This document shows positions 10,015-20,415 of a stretch of 64,000 nucleotides of DNA, in pieces. Below the pieces are notes generated by a model, which did not search any database, was not told the DNA's origin, and worked only from the letters and a program-made list of their open reading frames with translations. Both the position numbers and the translations under genes were made by a program. Positions within the stretch are counted from its first letter, which is position 1. Every line of letters begins with the position of its first letter. This DNA is from an uncultured Bacteroidales bacterium (lineage in GTDB: Bacteria > Bacteroidota > Bacteroidia > Bacteroidales > UBA932), in the NCBI GenBank assembly GCA_900544815.1, contig UQWT01000003.1, positions 157 through 64,156 on the forward strand. Reading direction: 5' to 3'.

Positions 10015-10950
10015 ATGAAACGTCTTTTTACTATTTTGGCGGTAGCATTTACTGCCGTACTATTTTCGGTTAACGCGTACGCACAAGATTTAGCTGCTGC
10101 TGCAGAGAACTACAAGAATGCAGCTGAGGCATTTAACGCAGGTAACAAAGTTGAGGCTTTGGCCGGTTTCCAAAAGGCATTGGAGGAGGCAACAGCTCTT
10201 GGAGATGAGGGAGCTGAGCTTGCTACAGAGTGCAAAAAACTTATTCCTACCGTACTTTTGGCTCTTGGTAAAGATTGCGTAACAAACAAGGATATGGACA
10301 AAGCTGTAGAGTATCTTAACCAAGCTATAACTATTGGTAAAGAGTTTGAGCAGACAGAGGTTGAGAATGAAGCAAAAGAACTTGTTCCTGTAGTTCTTAT
10401 GGCAGACGGAGACTCTATGCTTAATGAGGGTAAATTTGCAGAGGCTGCTGCAAGATACAACGAGGTATTGGCTATTGACCCTGAGAATGCAACCGCATAT
10501 ATAAGAACAGGTATGTGCCAATCTAAATTGGGAAATGAGGCTGCCGCTATTGAGGCTTACACAAAGGCTGCAGAAAAAGGAGAGAAAGATGCAGCATACA
10601 AACAGCTCAATACGATGTACGTAAACAAAGCTGTTACAGCGTTCAAGGCAAAAGATAACGCAGGCGCCCTTGACAATGCGCTAAAAGCAGGCGAGTACGG
10701 GGAGAATTTTAATTCAGACAAAATTGGTGGTATTGCAGCTTTCAACCTTAAGAAGAATGATACTGCAATTAAACTTTTGGAGCAGGCTGTAAAGGCTAAT
10801 CCTAATGCAACAGATATAAGATATTACTTAGCAAGAGCATACGAGGCTAAAGGGAACAAGGTAAAAGCAGTTGAGAACTACAAGAAGATTGTAGGAGATG
10901 CTAAGTTCAAGGCTTTTGCAGAGCAGAAGATCAAAGCTCTTGGCGCTTAA
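10015..10950 (+). CDS. secreted TPR-repeat protein
   Basis: Signal peptide. Repeated Ala/Leu/Tyr/Asn-rich 34-residue-like helical units (e.g. AEAAARYNEVLAIDPENATAYIRTGMC, YYLARAYEAKGNKVKAVENYKKI). Confidence 0.6.
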   Translation: MKRLFTILAVAFTAVLFSVNAYAQDLAAAAENYKNAAEAFNAGNKVEALAGFQKALEEATALGDEGAELATECKKLIPTVLLALGKDCVTNKDMDKAVEYLNQAITIGKEFEQTEVENEAKELVPVVLMADGDSMLNEGKFAEAAARYNEVLAIDPENATAYIRTGMCQSKLGNEAAAIEAYTKAAEKGEKDAAYKQLNTMYVNKAVTAFKAKDNAGALDNALKAGEYGENFNSDKIGGIAAFNLKKNDTAIKLLEQAVKANPNATDIRYYLARAYEAKGNKVKAVENYKKIVGDAKFKAFAEQKIKALGA

Positions 10951-10954
10951 TCCA

Positions 10955-12916
10955 ATGACAAAAGAACTGGAACTTTTAGCTCCGGCAAAAAATAAGGAGA
11001 TCGGCATTGCGGCTATAAACTGCGGTGCCGATGCCGTATATATTGCAGCCGAATCTTTTGGAGCACGTGAAGCTGCCGGCAATAGCATTGGAGATATTAA
11101 GGAGCTGTGCTACTACGCACATAAATTTCATGCAAAGATTTTTGTGGTGGTAAACACTATCCTTTATGATAATGAAACGGAGTCCGCCGCCAAACTTATA
11201 TGGGATCTCTACATGGCCGGGGCCGATGCAATAATCGTACAGGATCTTGGGGTACTCAGGCTCAATCTACCCCCAATTCCCTTATATGCATCAACTCAGA
11301 CAGATATAAGAGATACAGGAAAAGCCAAGTTGTTGGAAAAGTTAGGGTTCAGTAGACTTATAGTTGCAAGAGAGTTGAGCCTCAGACAAATTGCAGAGAT
11401 CGCCTCAAATACAGATGTTGATATTGAAACCTTTGTGCATGGAGCGCTCTGTGTAAGCTATAGCGGACAATGTTATCTTAGCGCGAGATTAACAGGAAGA
11501 AGTGCAAACAGAGGGGCATGTGCACAGGCTTGCAGAAACAACTATGATCTTATTGACGCCAACGGCAAAAGGCTTATCCGCAACAGCCATCTTCTCTCTC
11601 TAAAGGATTTTAATCTGAGCAGACGCATTGCAGATTTGGTAAAAGCCGGCGTTTCGTCGTTTAAGATTGAAGGCAGACTTAAGAATGAATCATTTGTAAA
11701 AACGGCTGTCTTGTTGTATAACAGCAGAATAAACGATTTTTTAAATTCAGCTGATGGTGCAGGCTACAGTCGTGGCTCATTAGGCAGTATTGAAACAACC
11801 GCACAGCCTAATGCAGAAGTTACATTCAATCGTGGGTTTACTGAATTTTTCATAGATGGCAAAAGGGGGGAATGGAGAAGTGAGGAGAGTGCTAAATATC
11901 TTGGCGAGTACATTGGGAGCGTTGTCTCAAGCAGAATAAACAGAGCCGGATTCATGGAGTTTACATACAAGTCGCCCAAACAGATAGTAAACGGAGACGG
12001 GTTATGCATTACAGACAGTAAGGGAAATATTACAGGCATAAGAGCCAACAACTGTAACACAACGGCAAAACAGGTTACAACTACATCAAAGGAGATTGTA
12101 AAAGCCGGAAGCAGCATATTTAGAAATTACAATTACATTTATGAGAAACAGCTTGACAAGGGCAACACAGAGAGGTTTATTCCGTTGGAAGTCACATTTA
12201 TTCAAAAAGGTGAGTGTTCCTCTTTTAAGATTGAATGCCATACGCAGGGGGTAAAGAGATCTGTCATCTCCTTTATTTATGATGTAAAGTATCCTTTCCA
12301 AAGGGCCAACAACCGTGAATCTGCAGAGAGGAACATAAAATTGCAGTTCTCTAAAAGGAGTTGTCATTTTACCTTTTCGCTAAAGGAATTTTATATAAAT
12401 GGGGCTACTCTGCCGTTTTTCCCTATATCAGAGCTGAATGCAATGAGAAACGAGATAGCCGAAATTGCCTCTCGAAAACTTGAGGATCTGCGTATTTTAG
12501 AAAAAAGACAAGAGGAGGAGAGAGAGGTTGCAAGGAGAGCCCGCAGAGATAGCTATATTAAAGGTATTCGCAATGGCGAGGAGAATCAAATATTTTATAG
12601 CCAGAACATCACAGACCAAAGGTGGCAGCCATATATGCTTAACGCATCAAACAGGTTATCAAAAGGGTTATACAGTGAGCTTGGAATATCCTCTTCCGCG
12701 TCATCTTACGAACTGAGCCCCGTAAAGGAGGCTGTGCTTATGCGCACCAAGTATTGTATAAAGTACCAGTTGGGAATCTGTAAGAGAGATTTGTCGGGAA
12801 GAAAAGGTATCCTATCAAATACAGATTTTAAGGAACCTCTCTTTCTATGCAATAATGAAAAGAAATTCAGGCTCGTTTTTGACTGTTCAAAATGCGAGAT
12901 GATGGTAATTGGATAA
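10955..12916 (+). CDS. peptidase U32 family protein
   Basis: MTKELELLAPAKNKEIGIAAINCGADAVYI...FGAR, then IFVVVNT and ARELSLRQI with an ETFVHGALCVSYSGQCYLS core typical of U32. ATG at 10955; the upstream extension in the ORF track overlaps the TPR gene. Confidence 0.8.
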   Translation: MTKELELLAPAKNKEIGIAAINCGADAVYIAAESFGAREAAGNSIGDIKELCYYAHKFHAKIFVVVNTILYDNETESAAKLIWDLYMAGADAIIVQDLGVLRLNLPPIPLYASTQTDIRDTGKAKLLEKLGFSRLIVARELSLRQIAEIASNTDVDIETFVHGALCVSYSGQCYLSARLTGRSANRGACAQACRNNYDLIDANGKRLIRNSHLLSLKDFNLSRRIADLVKAGVSSFKIEGRLKNESFVKTAVLLYNSRINDFLNSADGAGYSRGSLGSIETTAQPNAEVTFNRGFTEFFIDGKRGEWRSEESAKYLGEYIGSVVSSRINRAGFMEFTYKSPKQIVNGDGLCITDSKGNITGIRANNCNTTAKQVTTTSKEIVKAGSSIFRNYNYIYEKQLDKGNTERFIPLEVTFIQKGECSSFKIECHTQGVKRSVISFIYDVKYPFQRANNRESAERNIKLQFSKRSCHFTFSLKEFYINGATLPFFPISELNAMRNEIAEIASRKLEDLRILEKRQEEEREVARRARRDSYIKGIRNGEENQIFYSQNITDQRWQPYMLNASNRLSKGLYSELGISSSASSYELSPVKEAVLMRTKYCIKYQLGICKRDLSGRKGILSNTDFKEPLFLCNNEKKFRLVFDCSKCEMMVIG

Positions 12917-12955
12917 AATTGTATAATTTTACGGTTTAAAATCTGTTACAGACAA

Positions 12956-14065
12956 ATGCACGAAGAGATAAAAAGGAAGATGAGGCTAATGGTAGATGAG
13001 GCGCGTGTCCCTCATGCCATACTGTTTACAGAAAACTCCGGCAACGGGGCTATAGATATAGCTCTTGATTTTGTAAAGTATCTCTTCTGTACAGACAAAA
13101 AAGGTGGTGAGCCGTGCGGTAAATGCAACAACTGCAGCATGGTAGACCATCTTGCACACCCAGATCTGCATTTTGCTTTTCCTACCAATGCCACAGGAGG
13201 ACAGAGTAAAAAAAAGAGTGTGGAGGAGTACTATCCTCAATGGAGAGAATTGGTTAAGTCCAACCGCTTTTTTGGAGAGAAAGAGTTGAATGACGCACTT
13301 GGAATAGACAACAAAAGTGGAACGATTAGCGTGTCCGATGCCGCTGAAATAATGCGCGAATTGAGTTTATCCTCTTATGGAGGTGGGGCAAAGGTCATGC
13401 TGGTAATGTTCCCGGAAAAGATGAACACAGAGGCCGCAAACAAACTCCTTAAATCTTTGGAAGAACCAAGGCCCGATACCTGTTTCATTCTTATCTCACA
13501 CTCACCGCAAAAGATTCTTAAGACAGTGCTGTCTCGGTGTCTGAGAATAGAGGTTCCCCCGATTGACGCGGCGGAGGTGACAGATATACTTGTAAACATA
13601 TTTAAAGCAGATAAGGAGGAGGCAGCTATAGCGGCAAAACGCTCGTGCGGAAGTGTTGGAAAGGCTTTGGAAATTCTTGGCGAGATGCACAATGAAGCGA
13701 CAGACGAGTGCATCTTTATGAACATAATGCGTTCCTGCTGCTCCAACAGTCTATACGATACGCTTTTAGAGGGTGAAAGATTAGCAGCGGCCGGCAGAGA
13801 GAATATTAAGGCGGAGCTCATTAACGGCTTGGAAATTACAAGGAAGCTGCTTATGTTAGACTTGGGATTAGATGAAATCTCTTTTGTGTCTGCAGCCGAA
13901 TCTGCCGAATTGACTAAATTTAAAGGAATATTAAATAAATCATCACTCTACAGGTTGCGTGATTATATTGAATCATCTATAAGATTGATAGAGAGGAATG
14001 TAAATGCAAAATTCGTAATAGCGGACTTGTGCAACAGAATCTATTTTACCTGCAGAGAGAAATGA
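12956..14065 (+). CDS. holB: DNA polymerase III delta-prime subunit-like ATPase
   Basis: HAILFTENSGNG, Cys cluster CGKCNNCSMVDHLAHPDLHF, GGAKVMLVMFPEKMNTEAANKLLKSLEEP and SRC motif (LSRCLRIEVPP). Confidence 0.8.
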   Translation: MHEEIKRKMRLMVDEARVPHAILFTENSGNGAIDIALDFVKYLFCTDKKGGEPCGKCNNCSMVDHLAHPDLHFAFPTNATGGQSKKKSVEEYYPQWRELVKSNRFFGEKELNDALGIDNKSGTISVSDAAEIMRELSLSSYGGGAKVMLVMFPEKMNTEAANKLLKSLEEPRPDTCFILISHSPQKILKTVLSRCLRIEVPPIDAAEVTDILVNIFKADKEEAAIAAKRSCGSVGKALEILGEMHNEATDECIFMNIMRSCCSNSLYDTLLEGERLAAAGRENIKAELINGLEITRKLLMLDLGLDEISFVSAAESAELTKFKGILNKSSLYRLRDYIESSIRLIERNVNAKFVIADLCNRIYFTCREK

Positions 14066-14088
14066 GTTAACATATATTTATTGAAGGG

Positions 14089-15516
14089 ATGGAAAATAAC
14101 ATTAAAGAATATGATTGTCAGAGAGGTTGTGAGAAGCTTCCCGACAATTTATGCGATAATATGACATGCGGAGGAGGAAACTGCTTCCAATACAACAGAA
14201 GTTGCTGCAAGTTAAGCGTCTTTGACTGGTTGGACGATGTTCCTATCGAAGATCTTAAGGATCTGTTTGAGGTAAGGTTCAAGAACACCCGCAAACTTAT
14301 ATTCAGAAATACATCGGGGCAGATGCTCCGTGTTGGGGATTTTGTTGTGGTAGAGGCTCAAACAGGTTATGACCTTGGCATTGTAACCATAGACAGTGCT
14401 ATGATATTCAACCAATTGAGAAGAGATCGCATTGACCCTAAAACATACGAATTCAGAAAAATATACCGCAAGGCAAGGCCTGCAGACATAGAGAAATGGC
14501 AGGATGCCATAGCTCGCGAACATTCAACAATGATACGCTCTCGGCAGATGGCTGCAGATCTTGGTCTTAACATGAAGATAGGAGATGTTGAGTTTCAGGG
14601 AGATGGTTCAAAAGCCATATTCTACTATATTGCAGATGAGAGAGTTGACTTTAGACAACTTATAAAGGACTTTGCAGAGGAGTTTAGAATTCGCATAGAG
14701 ATGAAGCAGATTGGAGCCAGACAGGAGGCAGGCTTGATTGGTGGAATTGGCGTATGCGGGCAGGCTCTATGTTGTTCGAGATACATGAACAACTTTAAGT
14801 CTATAACAACACAGGCAGCAAGGAGTCAGGATCTGTCTCTTAACCCGCAAAAACTTGCCGGACAGTGCGGGAAACTCAAATGCTGCATAAACTATGAAGT
14901 ATCTGTTTATGTTGATGCTCAAGCCAATCTACCTAAAGTTGTAGAGCCGCTTCACCTCGAAGACGGTGATGCCTATTTAATGAAAACAGATATTCTAAAG
15001 GGGATGATGTGGTTCTCATATACTCAGGGAAGCATGATTAATCTGCGTCCGTTAAAAACAGGGGCGGTAAAGGAGATAATTTCACTTAACAAACGTGGAA
15101 TAAAGGCACCTTCTATCTTGGAAGAGCAGAAGGAGAAAGTAGGAGAGTTCCTTAGTGCAGTTGGAGAGGACAGCATTTCACGCTTCGACAACAGTAAAGA
15201 GAGAAACAAAAAGAGAAAGAGGGCACAGAGAGAGCAGGCCTCCACAACAGACAATAAGGAGGCAACAGACAATACATCTACAGAGCCAAAAGAGCCGAGA
15301 GCCCCCAAAGGACCTAAAGTAGCAAAAGGATCTGTAGATCAGCGAGAACAGAGAGCACCAAGAGATCCTAAAGAGGCAAGAGATGACAAGGACGCTAATA
15401 GCAACAGGCAGCAGAATCGAGGAGCAAACAGCAGGCGGAACAGCAATCGTAACAGATCTCAAAGAGAGGGCAGGGAGAACAGAGAGAATAGAGGAACGGA
15501 CAAAATCAGCCAATAG
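14089..15516 (+). CDS. PSP1 domain protein (RicT/YaaT-like) with a long charged C-terminal tail
   Basis: VVVEAQTGYDLGIV, FRIRIEMKQIGARQEAG and GVCGQALCCSRY, GKLKCCINYE match the PSP1 C-terminal domain. The last ~110 aa are K/R/E/N/Q-rich low complexity. Confidence 0.8.
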   Translation: MENNIKEYDCQRGCEKLPDNLCDNMTCGGGNCFQYNRSCCKLSVFDWLDDVPIEDLKDLFEVRFKNTRKLIFRNTSGQMLRVGDFVVVEAQTGYDLGIVTIDSAMIFNQLRRDRIDPKTYEFRKIYRKARPADIEKWQDAIAREHSTMIRSRQMAADLGLNMKIGDVEFQGDGSKAIFYYIADERVDFRQLIKDFAEEFRIRIEMKQIGARQEAGLIGGIGVCGQALCCSRYMNNFKSITTQAARSQDLSLNPQKLAGQCGKLKCCINYEVSVYVDAQANLPKVVEPLHLEDGDAYLMKTDILKGMMWFSYTQGSMINLRPLKTGAVKEIISLNKRGIKAPSILEEQKEKVGEFLSAVGEDSISRFDNSKERNKKRKRAQREQASTTDNKEATDNTSTEPKEPRAPKGPKVAKGSVDQREQRAPRDPKEARDDKDANSNRQQNRGANSRRNSNRNRSQREGRENRENRGTDKISQ

Positions 15517-15551
15517 CTATACTATAGGGCAAAACAGATAATATTCATACA

Positions 15552-16055
15552 ATGGCAAAAAGGGTACTATCCATCATATTCCTCGTAGTATCTGTGGCAT
15601 TGTTGTCTTGCAATGTACAGAAACCGGTAAACGGTTCTGCCTTTATTGCCTTCAGCCCGGCCAAAGGGTGGTATAAAAATACCTCTTTAGTGTTCAAATT
15701 AGACGCAGCAGAAACAGATTACCCAAGCCGTAGTCTTGTATTTACGCTACAATTAGTTGAAACATACAGCTACAAGGAGGATGACACACTATATTTTGCG
15801 CTTACGTTCCATAGTCCGGATAACAATCTTTATTCAGACACATTAAAAGTTCCCGCATTAATGGCAGACAAAAGCGTTAAACAGAGAAGGAGCAATGGAA
15901 TCATAGAGATGGAGATTCCGTATGCCACCAACATAAAGAATATGGAGTGCGGAGGCTGGGAGATAAAGATAGACAAATGCAAGACCATAAGTAATAGAAA
16001 ATTATACAAATATATAGCCGGCTTAGGGGCATACATAATAGAATATGGGATATGA
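15552..16055 (+). CDS. gldH: GldH-like lipoprotein
   Basis: Lipoprotein signal (VALLSC); about 167 aa. It occupies the holB-PSP1-gldH gene order I recall as conserved in Bacteroidota. Sequence similarity was judged from memory only. Confidence 0.5.
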   Translation: MAKRVLSIIFLVVSVALLSCNVQKPVNGSAFIAFSPAKGWYKNTSLVFKLDAAETDYPSRSLVFTLQLVETYSYKEDDTLYFALTFHSPDNNLYSDTLKVPALMADKSVKQRRSNGIIEMEIPYATNIKNMECGGWEIKIDKCKTISNRKLYKYIAGLGAYIIEYGI

Positions 16056-16819
16056 GCAGCAAAGATAAATTAAGAAAATTTAGAGAAAACGAAGGATTCA
16101 AATGCCTTATACAGCCGTCAACAGATGATGTATTGTTTAAAGACTTTGAACTAAAAGGCAGATGGAACAGCAGCTTCTTTAAAAACAATAATCCAATAGT
16201 TCTTGAACTCGGATGCGGGAAAGGGGAGTACACTATAGAATTAGCAAAGCTCTACCCTCAAAAGAACTTTATAGGTATAGATATAAAAGGGGCAAGGCTC
16301 TGGAAAGGGGCAAAATACGCAACTGAAAACAGCATGCCCAATGTTGCATTCATTAGGACAAGAATAGATTTTATAGAGAGTCTATTTGCTCCGGTAGAGA
16401 TAGATGAGATCTGGATAACATTCCCTGACCCGCAAATAAAGAAAGCCCGCAAAAGGCTTACGGGCAGTATGTTCCTTAATCACTACAACAATATTTTAAG
16501 CCATAGCGGAGCAATTAACCTAAAGACAGACAGCAGATTTCTACACGAGTACACAAAGGCCCTATGCATGGCCAATAATTTTAAAGTTGAGGTTTGCGAT
16601 AACAATATATACAAGAACTTAGTTACGGACTGCAATAACAGCATATTGTCCATAAAGACCTTCTACGAAGCACATTACCTAAAAAACGGTCTTGCAATAA
16701 CATACATAAGATTTGCAACCGGAGGAAAGATGGCTGTAGAACCGCAATGGGACGAAGAATTTTGGGAGAAGGAGGAATCCAAAGGGCGTGAAAATGTCCT
16801 AAAAAACAAAGGTGCGTAG
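16052..16819 (+). CDS. trmB: tRNA (guanine-N7)-methyltransferase
   Basis: LELGCGKGEYTIELAKLYPQKNFIGIDIKG SAM-binding motif, then WITFPDPQIKK; 4-nt ATGA overlap with the upstream gene. Confidence 0.85.
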   Translation: MSSKDKLRKFRENEGFKCLIQPSTDDVLFKDFELKGRWNSSFFKNNNPIVLELGCGKGEYTIELAKLYPQKNFIGIDIKGARLWKGAKYATENSMPNVAFIRTRIDFIESLFAPVEIDEIWITFPDPQIKKARKRLTGSMFLNHYNNILSHSGAINLKTDSRFLHEYTKALCMANNFKVEVCDNNIYKNLVTDCNNSILSIKTFYEAHYLKNGLAITYIRFATGGKMAVEPQWDEEFWEKEESKGRENVLKNKGA

Positions 16820-16848
16820 CGTGCCCGGCAATATTTGTAGGCAAGTTT

Positions 16849-17871
16849 TTAACTTTTACGCTTCCCGACAAACACAGCCAACACCCTTAGCGCCTCCAAC
16901 GCCTTAATCTGAGCAGCCGAGAGAGAACCCAACCTACGCTCCAATTCCGCCTGCAACGAATTGACGAGGCCTACAGCTTTTATAGAATGCCCTGCCAATT
17001 TTTTTTCGGCAGAGGCAATGCCGTTGTATTGCTCCACAAATGAAAACACACGGTTCACAAGATTATCCTCTGTCTCTTTATTACCAAAAGATGTTGAGAG
17101 TAAAAGATTTATAATATTCATCCTTTCCTCTGCCCCTGCAACACCAAACGCCTCTATAAGAGGAAGAGTTATCTTACGTTCCCTTATATCCTCGCCATAC
17201 GGCTTTCCGGTATCTATAGACGGAGAATAATCAAAAATATCATCCCTTATCTGGAAAGCAACACCAAGCTCATAACCGTAATCCGTTATAAGTTTCAGCT
17301 CATTATCCGTTCCGTTAACAGAAAAAACAGCACTTTTAAGTGCCGCAATAAAAAGAGAGGCTGTCTTCTTATAAATTATTTTATAGTAATCCTCCTCCGA
17401 AATATCTAAAGTGTCTGCTTTTTGCATCTGAAAAAGCTCCCCGTCTGCAAGCTCTTCCAACGCAAAAGTAAAACAGTTTAAAATATTGCTCCCGGATTGG
17501 GTTAGCATGTACAAAGCCCTCGAGAGCCAGAAATCACCCGTAAGAACAGATGCCGCCGGACTAAAAAAAGCCTTGACAGTAAGCGCCCCCCTGCGCATAT
17601 CCGAGTTATCAACAACATCGTCATGCAACAGAGTTGCAGTATGGATCATCTCAGAGACAGCCGCACAACTCCACGAAACCTCGTTAGGAGTTCCGCATGA
17701 CTGTGCGGCCAAAAGGCTAAGAACAGGCCTCAGCTGTTTTCCCCTGTTATCATAGAGATATCTGTTTATCCTCTGTAAAAGAGGATTATCGTTTTCCAAC
17801 CCCTCTAAAAAACTTTTTCTGTAGTTTTCCCAATTATCCCCTAAGATCTCAATGACATCCTGTAAATTCAC
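16849..17871 (-). CDS. polyprenyl diphosphate synthase (long-chain, IspB-type)
   Basis: First and second Asp-rich motifs LLHDDVVDNSDMRRG and FQIRDDIFDY; 340 aa; GTG start in the ORF track. Confidence 0.85.
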   Translation of the reverse strand: MNLQDVIEILGDNWENYRKSFLEGLENDNPLLQRINRYLYDNRGKQLRPVLSLLAAQSCGTPNEVSWSCAAVSEMIHTATLLHDDVVDNSDMRRGALTVKAFFSPAASVLTGDFWLSRALYMLTQSGSNILNCFTFALEELADGELFQMQKADTLDISEEDYYKIIYKKTASLFIAALKSAVFSVNGTDNELKLITDYGYELGVAFQIRDDIFDYSPSIDTGKPYGEDIRERKITLPLIEAFGVAGAEERMNIINLLLSTSFGNKETEDNLVNRVFSFVEQYNGIASAEKKLAGHSIKAVGLVNSLQAELERRLGSLSAAQIKALEALRVLAVFVGKRKS

Positions 17872-17895
17872 TGCAACACCTGTTAAGTTAACTCT

Positions 17896-18513
17896 TTAAA
17901 AAAGAAATCCTATAGAGAGCTCAAAACCTCTGTTTTTCTCTCTTTTAACCTCTTTACGCAATTTAGGCCACTCAAAATTACTAACCTTTCCAAGATCCCA
18001 GCTGTATCTTCCCGACAACTGTATCTTCCATACCTCTATACCGGCGCCAAGCCCAAAGCCATATTCAAACCGGTTTAGATCGTCCCAACTTACCTTATTG
18101 TAAATACCACCCTTAGAGATGGCATAGCCAATATATGGTGTAAACTGAAGATAAGGTCTGAACAGAACTAAATCAACCCCCCACTGAACACCAACAGGAA
18201 GCTGAAGATAATGAAGTTTGGCGTCTTGTGAAAGATAGTCTTTTGAATTTTGTTCACCAAATTCCATCCTACTATTCTTATTAATATAAAGCAACTCCGG
18301 CTGGAGTGCAAAGCCTAACGGCAATTTAGCTTTATACATCACTCCAAAATGATAACCGGTACGCGCCTTTACATTAATCAGCCCGCCATCTGTTGGTTTC
18401 ATGTCTGACATAGTATTAAAATTCATTCCCCCTTTGATACCAAAACCAGACTGAGCACTTACCAACGGGATAAGCATAAACAGTGCTGCTACAAATGCCA
18501 ACAATCTCTTCAT
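17896..18513 (-). CDS. small outer-membrane beta-barrel protein (porin/OprW-like family)
   Basis: Signal peptide, alternating hydrophobic beta-strand pattern, and a C-terminal ...LSIGFLF ending in Phe. Confidence 0.6.
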   Translation of the reverse strand: MKRLLAFVAALFMLIPLVSAQSGFGIKGGMNFNTMSDMKPTDGGLINVKARTGYHFGVMYKAKLPLGFALQPELLYINKNSRMEFGEQNSKDYLSQDAKLHYLQLPVGVQWGVDLVLFRPYLQFTPYIGYAISKGGIYNKVSWDDLNRFEYGFGLGAGIEVWKIQLSGRYSWDLGKVSNFEWPKLRKEVKREKNRGFELSIGFLF

Positions 18514-18560
18514 AATAATCTATTCTAATTTAATATTTATCTGCCTAATAAAAAAATGCG

Positions 18561-18878
18561 CTAAAGCAACTTGTCAATCTTCTCAGCAATAGCGGCTTTA
18601 GTAGTTGCGCCAACTAATTTATCCTTAAGCTCGCCACCCTTGAAGAAAAGAAGAGTAGGGATATTCCTTATACGATATTCAACAGGAACATCAGTTGCAT
18701 CATCTACATTACATTTGCAGACTACAACCTTGCCCTCATACTCATTTGCAATCTCGTCTACAACAGGAGCAATCATTTTACATGGTCCGCACCAGGTAGC
18801 CCAAAAATCAACAATAACCGGTTTGTCCGCAGAAAGGACAACCTCTTTAAAATTAGCATCGTTTAGTTCAATAGCCAT
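18561..18878 (-). CDS. trxA: thioredoxin
   Basis: 105 aa with the WATWCGPCK active site. Confidence 0.95.
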   Translation of the reverse strand: MAIELNDANFKEVVLSADKPVIVDFWATWCGPCKMIAPVVDEIANEYEGKVVVCKCNVDDATDVPVEYRIRNIPTLLFFKGGELKDKLVGATTKAAIAEKIDKLL

Positions 18879-19135
18879 AACTTGTATTATTATTTAATTA
18901 ATAAACCTGTATAAACCGGTACAAAGCCAACTTATACCTTTATATAAAACAACTACATCTGTTATTTCCCTAATTTCAAACAAATATAGTATCAGTTGGT
19001 TCTGTACACTAAAAACAGAGGTGCTAAATTAGCATATTTTTTTTAGATTACATAGACAATGCAGTACAAAATATGTCTTTATAACAAATATTACAATTAA
19101 TATTAGAATTTATAATTGATTTAAGGATATTAATG

Positions 19136-19143
19136 TAAATTTG
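19136..19143 (+). promoter_or_regulatory. candidate Bacteroides-type -7 box (TAnnTTTG) upstream of kbl
   Basis: taaatttg lies 61 nt upstream of the kbl ATG and matches the TAnnTTTG consensus established for Bacteroides promoters. No convincing -33 TTTG was seen. Confidence 0.25.
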
Positions 19144-19203
19144 CGTGCTGTGGATAATGTTTTCCACTCCTGTATTAGAAACTAATATTAAAATACAATA
19201 CTT

Positions 19204-20394
19204 ATGTATAAGAATTTTCAATCTTATTTGACAAATGAGTTGCAATCTATAAAAGATGCAGGTCTGTACAAGAACGAGAGGATTATAGTTACCCCTCAGA
19301 AAGCAGAGATAAAGGTTAGCAGTGGCAAGGAGGTACTTAACTTCTGCGCAAATAACTACCTTGGATTATCTGATAATAAAGATCTTATCAATGCTGCCAA
19401 AAAAGCATTGGATGAGAGAGGTTTTGGAATGTCGAGCGTAAGGTTCATCTGCGGAACTCAAGATCTTCACAAAGAGTTGGAAAAGAAAATTGCAGAATTT
19501 TTCGGCACAGAGGACACTATCTTGTATGCTGCCTGCTTTGACGCAAACGGCGGTGTATTTGAGCCGTTGTTTAACGAGGAGGATGCAATTATATCAGACG
19601 CTTTGAATCATGCCTCCATTATAGACGGAGTAAGACTTTGTAAAGCACAACGCTATCGTTATGCCAATGCAAATATGGAAGAACTGGAGAAGTGTCTTAA
19701 GAAAGCTCAGGCACAAAGACACAGAATCATAGTAACAGACGGCGTTTTCTCTATGGACGGAAATGTTGCCCCTCTTGACAAGATCTATGAATTAGCTCAA
19801 AAGTACGATGCACTTGTGATGGTAGACGAATCCCACTCTGCAGGTGTTGTCGGGAAGACAGGAAGAGGAACTACAGAGCAGTTTAACCTAAGAGGAAAGA
19901 TTGAGATTCTTACAGGCACACTTGGAAAAGCGTTTGGCGGTGCAATAGGCGGCTTCACAACCGGTAAGAAGGAGATTATAGATATGCTCAGACAGCGTTC
20001 GCGTCCTTATCTTTTCTCTAACTCTATTCCGCCAATGGTTGCAGCTGCGGGTATAGAGATGTTCAACATGATGTCTCGCACCAATGAACTGCAGGATAAA
20101 CTTCATGCAAATACAGAGTACTTTGTTGCCAAGATGAAAGAGGCAGGTTTTGACATTAAACCTACCCAATCTGCAATATGCGCAGTTATGCTTTACGATG
20201 CAAAACTTTCACAAAAGATGGCAGAAAGACTTTTGGAGGAGGGAATATACGTAGTAGGATTCTACTATCCTGTTGTACCAAAAGACCTTGCACGTATACG
20301 TGTACAGATTTCGGCAGGTCACGAAAAAGAGCACTTAGACAGAGCTATTGCCGCATTTACCAAAGTAGGCAAGGAGCTAGGTTTGTTAAAATAA
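19204..20394 (+). CDS. kbl: glycine C-acetyltransferase (2-amino-3-ketobutyrate CoA ligase)
   Basis: Near-collinear similarity to E. coli Kbl as I recall it: FCANNYLGLS, SVRFICGTQDLHKELE, DALNHASIIDGVRLCKA.RYRYAN, TDGVFSMDG, GTLGKA (PLP Lys), RSRPYLFSNS. Confidence 0.85.
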   Translation: MYKNFQSYLTNELQSIKDAGLYKNERIIVTPQKAEIKVSSGKEVLNFCANNYLGLSDNKDLINAAKKALDERGFGMSSVRFICGTQDLHKELEKKIAEFFGTEDTILYAACFDANGGVFEPLFNEEDAIISDALNHASIIDGVRLCKAQRYRYANANMEELEKCLKKAQAQRHRIIVTDGVFSMDGNVAPLDKIYELAQKYDALVMVDESHSAGVVGKTGRGTTEQFNLRGKIEILTGTLGKAFGGAIGGFTTGKKEIIDMLRQRSRPYLFSNSIPPMVAAAGIEMFNMMSRTNELQDKLHANTEYFVAKMKEAGFDIKPTQSAICAVMLYDAKLSQKMAERLLEEGIYVVGFYYPVVPKDLARIRVQISAGHEKEHLDRAIAAFTKVGKELGLLK

Positions 20395-20415
20395 TCTTGT
20401 CTTTAAGACAATGTT

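Noticed and set aside
10898-10954. Upstream ATG start for the U32 peptidase gene, overlapping the TPR gene by 53 nt
   Set aside because: The conserved U32 N-terminus (MTKELELLAPAKN..) starts at the ATG at 10955, 5 nt after the TPR stop. The extension has no homology-like features.
19204-20394. Possibility that the kbl-like gene is the Bacteroides serine palmitoyltransferase for sphingolipid synthesis
   Set aside because: The sequence is nearly collinear with E. coli Kbl as I recall it (FCANNYLGLS, SVRFICGTQD, ALNHASIIDGVRLCKA). It does not resemble the Bacteroides SPT N-terminus I remember. A database comparison would be needed for certainty.
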